NCBI GenBank assembly: GCA_951406725.2
Contig: OX597821.1
Location: forward strand, 69,936,001-70,000,000
DNA length: 64,000 nucleotides
From: Octopus vulgaris
Taxonomy: Eukaryota
Direction of reading: 5' to 3'
Under the pieces are notes generated by a model. That model had not been told where the DNA came from, searched no databases, and saw only the letters and a program-made list of their open reading frames with translations. The translations under genes were made by a program, and so were the position numbers. Shown here piece by piece: positions 52,761 to 64,000 of the stretch; the first letter of the stretch is position 1, and each line of letters starts with the position of its first letter.

Positions 52761-53269
52761 TGACATACATACATACATACATACATACATACATACATAC
52801 ATACATACATACATACATTCTTTGCCTCGCTGAATCTCTCTCAGAACTACATTAGGGGTTTGCGTATCTGCATAGGGCTCAGTCTGTTGTAAGTAATTTC
52901 TCGAGCATACTCCTCCGTTGATCGGACCAAGTGGAACACTAGTCGTCGTAACCGACGGAGTCCCAGTTATTATGGTGCAATCAACATTATTCATCAAACA
53001 TTCTGCTTGTGTTTGTCTGTCTCTCTTTCTTCCCCCCTCTCTCTGTCTCTCTTTCTCTTTGGTTCCTGTCACAATTAGACAAATTCCTTTCTAAACGAAT
53101 TCTTCCTTCAAACATCTTGTACTGAAACCTTTACTTTCATATACGGTTTATAACTTTTCCCTAAATTCCACTTCGAATTTCACCCATTATATCACAAGTA
53201 CTAAAATATTTACCATTTCCGCGTTCAACACTTATCAGGACTTGACGTTAGTCATTCATGCGCATGTCT

Positions 53270-53705
53270 GTATATATTGTTGATAAGGTCCCAGACACGG
53301 AGGTCTTCTTTCGAGCTGATCTGCCAAGCATTTACACATATTTGAGGCGAACTGGCAGAAGACAAGCGCATACAAGGTGGGCAGAAGAAAAGCCCTTTAA
53401 TGATACACTCGAAGCCTCACTGAAGATCTTTGAAATCAACCCCAACACCTGGGAATCACAAATGCAGGAGCGCCCTGCCTGATGAGGCAGCTCTTAAGAG
53501 AGGTGCCATCTATGAATAGAACAGGATTGCGGGAGCAAAAAAGAAAATGTGAACAGTGCAAGTCCGGAACACACCCCTCGCCTTCCTTTCCAGGAGAGCT
53601 GCTGCAGACCCTTCCCAGAATACATCGGACTAATTGGCTTCAGCTGGACACACCGTACCCCATCTTCTCCTCCCATATGATCTCCTTGTTTACAATGACA
53701 GACGA
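53270..53705 (+). mobile_element. RTE-clade LINE 3' remnant
   Basis: DKVPDTEV..RA.LPSI...FNDTLEASLKIFEINPNTWE...RP.W-like segment. Confidence 0.7.
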
Positions 53706-54299
53706 ATTAATATGATATATTCCTGATATCAATAAATACTGACTAATATTGTTATTCTCTAAAGGCTGACTTCACAGGTTTCTTGACCAATAGCTATTTG
53801 AAGTCATGCGTGAAGATATTTGGATAATGTTGCGAAAATTTGTCTCTCACATTCTCCTCATTTACTTCTCTAAGAAGATTTATATATCTTATAATACTTG
53901 ACACTGGAATTTCTGATTCTTTCGCAAATTTCCTATAACGTGTGTGTGCACGCGCGTAGTGTGTGTATGATTTTAGAACAGAATTTTATTATTAATTTGT
54001 CCTGTTTTACGTTCAAGAATTTCAGAGATCCTTTGTCAGCTGTAGTTAAATGTGATGCAAGTTTTACCAATGAGTCTTATTTCAAGATATTGGCATTTCC
54101 AAATGGGCAAATAAATCAACTCAAAGCTTAATTCTGTTTGGAATCTTGTTTCAGAGCAAGTGATACAATGTATTGTTATGACGTTTCTTTCCTTTATTGC
54201 AGTTTCGGATGCGATTCATAAGATTGTTGATTGCGTGCGCATTACTTCCGGTTTTGAACTGATTCTTGTTCATAGAAAATATCTCGTACTTTCAGTTTT

Positions 54300-54585
54300 C
54301 TTTTATAGTAATGAACTAGATGTTTCCGGATTCAGTTCCACTGTGTGGCACTTTCAGCGTCTTCTACTGTGGTCACATACTAACCAAGGCTTTGTGAGTG
54401 TATTTGATAGACGAAAATTGGAAGCAGCCGGTCGTGTATAAATATATTTGTCCCCCACTACCGCTTGACAACCAATGTTGGTCTGTTTACGTCCCCAGAA
54501 CTTAGCTGGTCGGCAAAATTGAACCGATAGAATAATTACCAGTCTTAAAGAAGTTATTGAAACAGGCAAAAAATAGAAAGATAAA
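54300..54585 (+). mobile_element. SINE family B, diverged
   Basis: GGATTCAGTTCCACTG...GCTTGACAACCAATGTTGG. Confidence 0.65.
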
Positions 54586-54617
54586 CTTGACACTGAAATT
54601 ACTGAAGTACAGGATAT

Positions 54618-54790
54618 GTAAAGTACAGGATTAGTGACCAAGTGTGAAGTACAAGATTAGTGGCCAACAGTAAAGCACGAGATTAGTGACCAATTGTAAA
54701 GTACAGGATTAGTGACCAAGTATGAAGTACAGGATTAGTGACCAATTGTAAAGGACAGGATTAGTGACAAAATTGTAAAGCTCGGGATTG
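54618..54790. repeat. 26-bp minisatellite, about 7 units
   Basis: Consensus GTAAAGTACAGGATTAGTGACCAATT. Confidence 0.9.
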
Positions 54791-54949
54791 GTTATCAACT
54801 GCAATAATAATATCAAGTTAAGGAAATCCAGCAGGTCCCTTTTATTTTGGCGGAGATCTAAAATTAATCCAAAATCTATCACTGACTGCATGCAACCTAA
54901 TTATCAAAACTTATCTTTGTTTTTGTTTGTTTTTTTGTGTGTTTTTTTC

Positions 54950-55150
54950 TTTGGTTTTAGTCATTGGACACCATACTGTGACACCACCATGAAGGGTTTA
55001 GTCGAACAAAACAAATCCAGTACTTTTTTAAAATTCTTTTGTTCTCTTTTGCCGAAGCTCTGTATAACGGAACATAAGAAAATCAAGGCACAAAATAGCC
55101 CAAGCAAAATCGCACACACACACACACACGCACACACACACACACGCGCG

Positions 55151-55199
<49 letters not shown>

Positions 55200-55370
55200 T
55201 GAGATTCCTCAGTTTCTGTCAACCAAATTAATTCGAAAGGCATTGGTAGACCTGGGGCTACATGCAGTAGGCACTTGTCCAAGGTGACATGCAATGGAAT
55301 TGATCCTGACACTACATGGTTGCAACTGCATGGTTGCAAAGCGAGCTTTTCTCCACACAGCCATGCCTGC
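54950..55370 (-). mobile_element. SINE family B, diverged, with internal (CA)n
   Basis: Minus strand GGCATGGCTGTGTGG...CCTTGGACAAGTG. Confidence 0.65.
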
Positions 55371-55736
55371 CCCGTTCTATAAATGAATACGTACATGTCC
55401 ATAGTTGCTCACACACACACACACCAGCGCGCGCACGTTTATTGGTGATGTTTGACTCCAGTTGTAAAGTCTTTACATTTTAAAACAAAAAGATGAAAAA
55501 AAAAAGAACCCGAAATTTCTTGTAATATCTCCTGCACCAATAACAACAGCAAGAAGATCAGTGATAGCAATATGATTGTGAGTTTGGAAGTATTGACATG
55601 GATATATGTATAAATATGAGAATACAAATAAACTGTTATGTATGGGTATGTATATATAACACACACACACTCACACACACGTATATAAATACAAATACAA
55701 AAGCTTGTATACTAAATATGTTTGTATGCGGTTGTA

Positions 55737-55809
<73 letters not shown>

Positions 55810-56021
55810 CTCTATACATACATATATGCGTGTGAACGGGGGTGGTGTATGTCTGTAAGTAGGTCTGTGAGGGAAAAACTGTGTCTGTATGCGCATGTGA
55901 GTGCGAGTATATATAAGTGCATGGGTGTGTGTGAAAATGTAGTTTTCTGAATCTATCTTTGAACAAGAGTGTAATTAAAACCTGTTGGCAACATTACCAT
56001 GTTATTACTACATTTATCGCT

Positions 56022-56420
56022 AAGGCGGTGAGCTGGCAGAAACGTTAGCACGCCGGGCGAAATGCGTAGCCGTATTTCGTCTGCCGTTACGTTGTGAGTT
56101 CAAATTCCGCCGAGGTCGACTTTGCTTTTGCATCCTTTCGGGGTCGGTAAATTAAGTACCAGTTACGCACTGGAGTCGATGTAATCGACTTAATACCTAT
56201 GTCTGTCCTTCTTTGTTCCCTCTATGTTTAGCCCCTTGTGGGTAATAAAGAAACAGGTATTTCGTCTGCCGCTGCGTTCTGAGTTCAAATACCACCGAGG
56301 TCGACTTTGCCTTTCATCCTTTCGGAGTCGATAAATTAAGTACCAGTTGCGTACTAGTGTCGATTTAATCGACTGGCCCCCTGCCCCAAAATTTCGAGCC
56401 TTGTGCCTAGAGTAGGAAAT
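56022..56420 (+). mobile_element. SINE family A dimer; second unit is headless and has a different tail
   Basis: AAGGCGGTGAGCTGGCAGAAACG...TAAAGAAACAG|GTATTTCGTCTGCCG... Confidence 0.9.
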
Positions 56421-56425
56421 GTAAG

Positions 56426-56456
<31 letters not shown>

Positions 56457-56625
56457 AAATATACAAATATACGGCCCCCACTCACTGATATGAGGCCCCA
56501 CTTGCTAGATCAGCTGGTTATCAAATAAAGCTCATTATTCTTCTAGTCATCACTTATCGTCTCTTTCTTTGTCAGATTTTAGGTGGCATATTTTAAATTC
56601 TGTCATTTAAAAAATTTTCTCGTCT

Positions 56626-56791
56626 AGGCGCAGGAGTGGCTGTGTGGTAAGTAGCTTGTTTACCAACCACATGGTTCCGGGTTCAGTCCCACTGCGTGGC
56701 ACCTTGGGTAAGTGTCTTCTACTATAGCCTCGAGCCGACCAAAGCCTTGTGAGTGGATTTGGTAGACGGAAACTGAAAGAAGCCTGTCGTA

Positions 56792-56843
<52 letters not shown>

Positions 56844-57090
56844 TATTAGAGACAAAACCACTGTGTGTATGTTTGTGTGTCTGTGTTTGTCCCCCTAGCA
56901 TTGCTTGACAACCGATGCTGGTGTGTTTATGTCCCCGTTACTTAGCGGTTCGGCAAAAGAGACCGATAGAATAAGTACTGGGCTTGCAAAAGAATAAGTC
57001 CCGGGGTCGAGTTGCTCGATTAAAAAGGCGGTGCTCCAGCATGGCCGCAGTCAAATGACTGAAACAAGTAAAAGAGTAAAGAGTAAAGAG
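56626..57090 (+). mobile_element. SINE family B, full length, with an extra ~25 bp in the internal (TA)n
   Basis: Near-identical to 26482-26895. Confidence 0.93.
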
Positions 57091-57272
57091 TATACATACC
57101 TATATACATTTATAAACATATATATACATATACTCACACACACGTATATATACATACATACGGACATATATATATGTGTGTACGTGCGCGTATATATGTA
57201 TCAATAAATACCAATAGAAATACACATATGTCTAAGCATAAGACTGCATGATATATGTGAGTGCGTGTCAGT

Positions 57273-57319
<47 letters not shown>

Positions 57320-57991
57320 TGTGTGTGCGTGTGAGCGAGTGTATGTTTGTGTGTTTGGATTTGTATGTGTTATAATAGCCTACAATATGTTAACTCTGCC
57401 ATGGCAAGCAGATAAGTTTTAAACACTGACACAATGTTTACAAACAGAGAAGATTATAGGACAAACACACACCTGCAAACACAAGACTTATCAACAGATA
57501 TGTACATACATATACATACAGGCGTACATACATACATTCATGCATATATTTATACATAACACCCGTCTCCTTAGATATCGACGTCAATATGTCAAAGCGA
57601 ATATTCAATACACATACATGTATATAGGAGTGTGTGTGTACGTGTGAGCACATGAAACCATCAATGTTTTAATGGCAGCTAAAAATTTCATAGCCACCAT
57701 CATCATTGACTATGATAAATTAATAGCTATCTATTTGATATCCACTTTCAGTATGTCTGTAGTTATATTGGCTGTTATATATTTGATGGCCGCCATCATT
57801 GCCTCTAGTATATTTGCCTGGCATGAATAGATTTTCTTTATTGTCAGTCACGTCACATTTATCATATAAGTTTTTGTTGACACACAACAATGGCTTATTT
57901 GAATATGGCGACGTTATAGATCTTGTGTTTACGGTCGCAAACTTATATAGTCTAATATAAATATAAGCACATATGCACAAGCAAACTCACT

Positions 57992-58039
<48 letters not shown>

Positions 58040-58394
58040 AACACCAGTGAGTTTGTATGTATCTATATCTATTTATCTATCTACCTATCAATATATATAT
58101 AGATATATATAAATAAATATATATACATGCATACATACATATAAATATATATATATATATATATATCAAATCATACGTTCATGCACAAATTTATACACAT
58201 TTAAAGAAACGCTGTATTATTTACTTTTAAATGAACAATTTTTTATGCGCATTGAGCTACACGTATTCATGTTAATACACATGTGCCCATATGTGTGTTC
58301 ACTTCATTCACAAATACACACACGCTTGTGTAAATCCATTCAAACAAAACTGAAGGTATGTATGTGTATTTAGACTTATTATACATGTGCGTTA

Positions 58395-58426
<32 letters not shown>

Positions 58427-58434
58427 TATATAAT

Positions 58435-58645
58435 CTTTCATCTTTTATGTGTTTGCCTGCGGCCATGCTGGAGCATCGCTTTGAAGGGTTTTAGTCAAAC
58501 AAATTGACTTCAGGACATTTTTAAAGCCTAGTACTTATTCTATCGGTCTCTTTTGCCGGACATTCAAATTACGGGGACGTAAACACATCAAAATCGGTCG
58601 TCAAGCGGTGGTGGCGGACAAACAAGGACACACAAACACACACAT
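58435..58645 (-). mobile_element. SINE family B, right half
   Basis: GCGGCCATGCTGGAGCA...TACTTATTCTATCGGTCTCTTTTGCCG. Confidence 0.8.
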
Positions 58646-58849
58646 ATATAAATATATATATGTATATCTTAATATCTTAGGATACCAAACGTACCAGTTT
58701 TACTAGAAAGAGGAATCAGCACTCCAAAGTCACAACTTTCTCACTATATATAAATACTACGGTTAATGCAGCAAATATAAGGAAAATAGCCGCTTTATAA
58801 TAATAATTATTATTATTATTTTTACTGATAATAATGATATTTAAAAAAA

Positions 58850-61097
<2,248 letters not shown>

Positions 61098-61114
61098 AAA
61101 TATATATATATATG

Positions 61115-61167
<53 letters not shown>

Positions 61168-61190
61168 ATATATATATATTGTATATATAT

Positions 61191-61228
<38 letters not shown>

Positions 61229-61234
61229 TATATG

Positions 61235-61268
<34 letters not shown>

Positions 61269-61289
61269 TAAATATATATATATGTATAA

Positions 61290-61327
<38 letters not shown>

Positions 61328-61399
61328 GTATGTATGTATAAATATATATATATATATATGTATGTATGTATGAATATATATATTTATATGTATAAATCC

Positions 61400-62568
61400 T
61401 TAAATCCTTAAAAATGTTTTAGCCCGAAGGCCGCGGCCATGCTGGGGCACCACCGCTGAATGAGCTACACTAATTTGTGATCCACCTCTGATACGTGGCA
61501 CTTGATCAACAAGGGAGTTCGATGCTGCTGCCCGTATCTGTGTCTCCTGTCGTGAGGTAGGTTCATCTGGGACTCCCGACAAGAAGAGATCCAGTTTAGT
61601 TTTAAAGAAACCCAAATCCACACCATGTAAGTCTCTCAGGCATTTAGGGAGGATGTTAAAGAGCTGTGGTCCTCTGAAACCCAAGCTGTTGCAGTATCTG
61701 GACCTGCATTTTGATGGTGATGTTGGAATCCTTGGCACCATGCAGTGGCGTCCCGTTCTGCGGTTGGGGTAACTTTGAATGCCAAAGTTTGGGACAAGAC
61801 CCTCCAGGATTTTCCAGATGTATATCACCGCATATCTCTCCCGCATCCGCTCTAGGGAGAAGAGGTTTAATACCTTCAGTCTTTCCCAGTAGCTGATATT
61901 TTGCATTGAGACGATTTTCTTTGTGTAGCTTCCCTGAATTGCTTCGAGTTCTGCTGTTAGTTTTATATTGTGTGGTGACCACAGTTGGGAGCAGTAGTCC
62001 AAGCGGCTGAGGACGAATGTTTTCCATAGGACCATCAGTGTCTCCTTCTCTCTTGTTCTGAAAGTTCGGAGAATCCATCCAGCTAGCCGTCTGCATTTTA
62101 TCACCAGCTTAGCAATATGCACTTGGAAAGATGCATCATTGCTCATGTCAATGCCCAGGTCACGCACTGATTTTGACTCAAGGATTGCAATTCTTCCTGG
62201 GCCAGTGTATCCAGTCTGCACGTCGTTTACCTTTGTGTGCCAGTAGCGCAGGGCCTGGAACTTACCTGCATTAAATTGCATGTTGTTGTCCTCAGCCCAC
62301 CTGTATATTGTGTCCAACTCCTGTTGCAGATGCGCAATATTTTCAGGGTTTTGTATTGCGTGGGAGACTTTTGTGTCATCTGCATAGCTAGCAAGGGTGG
62401 TCATCGTAGCAACTGAAGGCATGTCTGAAAGGGCTACTATGAACATCAGTGGCCTCAAGACAGTGCCCTGTGGGACACCGCTTGCTATTTGTGTTTCCTT
62501 AGAGGTGGCTCCATTGCTCACAACTGCCTGTTTTCTGTCTTTTAGGAAGTTGTGCAGCCACTCTCCAT
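61400..62568 (-). mobile_element. CR1/L2-like LINE, sister subfamily, 5'-truncated between (TA)n tracts; contains the 373-aa ORF 61400-62521
   Basis: SGVPQGTVL, YADD, LSRLDYCSQLWSP, RERYAVIYIWKI; tail GGTGCCCCAGCATGGCCGCGGCCTTCGGGCTAAAAC. Confidence 0.93.
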
Positions 62569-62621
62569 ATAAATATATATATATATATATGTATAAGTAT
62601 GTATAAATATGTATATATATC

Positions 62622-62652
<31 letters not shown>

Positions 62653-62737
62653 CTATATATATGTATATGTATATATCTATATATATGTATATATATGTAT
62701 ATATATATGTACATATATGTATGTATATATATGTACA

Positions 62738-62779
<42 letters not shown>

Positions 62780-62902
62780 CATATATATCTATATATACAT
62801 ATATATATACATATATATCTATATATACATATATATATGTATATATATGTATATATATATATGTGTATATATATATGTGTATATATATTTATATGTGTGT
62901 GT

Positions 62903-62944
<42 letters not shown>

Positions 62945-63029
62945 ATTTGCCTTGTAAGGTATTTAATATACTTTATTAATATTTTGTGTGGTAGGTGGTC
63001 TGCTTAACAACCACATATATATATTGTTA

Positions 63030-64000
63030 TGCATTTCAGCCCAAAAGCTGCGACCATGTGGCACCGCCAGTAGTATTAACAGATTTTTTAATGACCATTC
63101 TTATATGACTGCCTTTTTGTGAATGATGGAGTTCGATATTTTAGCCCACTTTTGAGCTTCTTGCTGTGATGTAGGCTCATCTGGAACCTTGGGCAGCAGA
63201 AGGTTAAGCGTTTTCTTGAACTCATCTTTTCCGACTCCATGCAGATCCCAAAGCTGTTCTGTAGCCTTGGACATTTGAATCCCATGTTATTGCTGTACAT
63301 AGTCCTCACATTGGATGGGGTGGATTGGACTTTTTGGAACCGTGCAGTGACATCCATTTTGGGGGCTGGTGCAACTCTCGATTCCAAAGTTTGGTGCCAG
63401 CCCCTCCAGGAACTTTCATACAAATATCACTGCACACGTCTACCGTCTTCGCTCCGGGGAGAAGAGTCGTAGCTCTTTCAGTCTCTCCCAGTAGCTCAGC
63501 TGTTCCATTGATGCAATCTTCCTGGTATAATACCACTGAATTGCCCCAAGTTCAGCTATTAATTTGACTCTATAGAATGACCACAGTTGAGAGCAGTAGT
63601 CCAGACAGCTAAGGGCAAGTGTCCACCCTAGAACCAGCATAGTTTCTTGGTCCCTCAGAATTCATCTGGCCATTTGTCTGCACATTGCTGCCATCTTGGC
63701 GATATGCACGTGAAGTGAGGTATCAATCCCCAACTCTTACACTGTAGTTTCAGCTCGTTTTAGTCCAACGTATCTTGTTTTCAGGCGTGTTAGCACAAGC
63801 TGACAGCGGAGAGCTTGGGATTTTGCAGCATTAAACTGCATGTTGTTTTCTTCATTCTATTTATATATGTTATCTAAGTTTTTCTATAGAAGATTAGCAT
63901 CGAGAGGTTCTTTGATTGCTTGAACAGATTTTGTAATGTCAGCATAGCTAGTAAGTGTGGCTACCTGTGTAACTGATGGCATATCGGAAAGATGCCACCA
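63030..64000 (-). mobile_element. Older CR1/L2-like LINE remnant running off the window
   Basis: LSDMPSV, LSCLDYCSQLWS, YWERLKELRLFSPERRR; related 3' tail. Confidence 0.85.

Noticed and set aside
54618-54790. CRISPR-like periodic repeat
   Set aside because: Contiguous 26-bp units with no unique spacers, no cas genes and a eukaryotic context; it is a minisatellite.

Overview
AT-rich, microsatellite-saturated eukaryotic DNA. The SINE/LINE repertoire suggests a coleoid cephalopod (Octopus-like; inference). I could not support any host-gene exon, and most ORFs in the track are translated microsatellites. Recognisable content: three tRNA-derived SINE families, six CR1/L2-like LINE copies, a Tx1/L1 remnant, three RLE (R4/Dong-like) LINE remnants, RTE remnants, two mariner fossils, a pogo/Tc2-like TIR element, three Helitron-like ends/elements and several Penelope-like element (PLE) fragments. 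The most interesting signal is a set of about 9-11 minimal type-I hammerhead ribozyme (HHR)-like motifs with palindromic or very short helix III. They lie in PLE pseudo-LTR fragments, mostly beside (TA)n tracts, and several have non-canonical cores. One PLE family carries, in two dispersed copies, GUGAACA instead of CUGANGA, an exact compensatory swap of the tertiary C3-G8 pair to G3-C8. A 246-bp palindrome holds two head-to-head HHR-like motifs. All calls were made by eye; none were database-checked.
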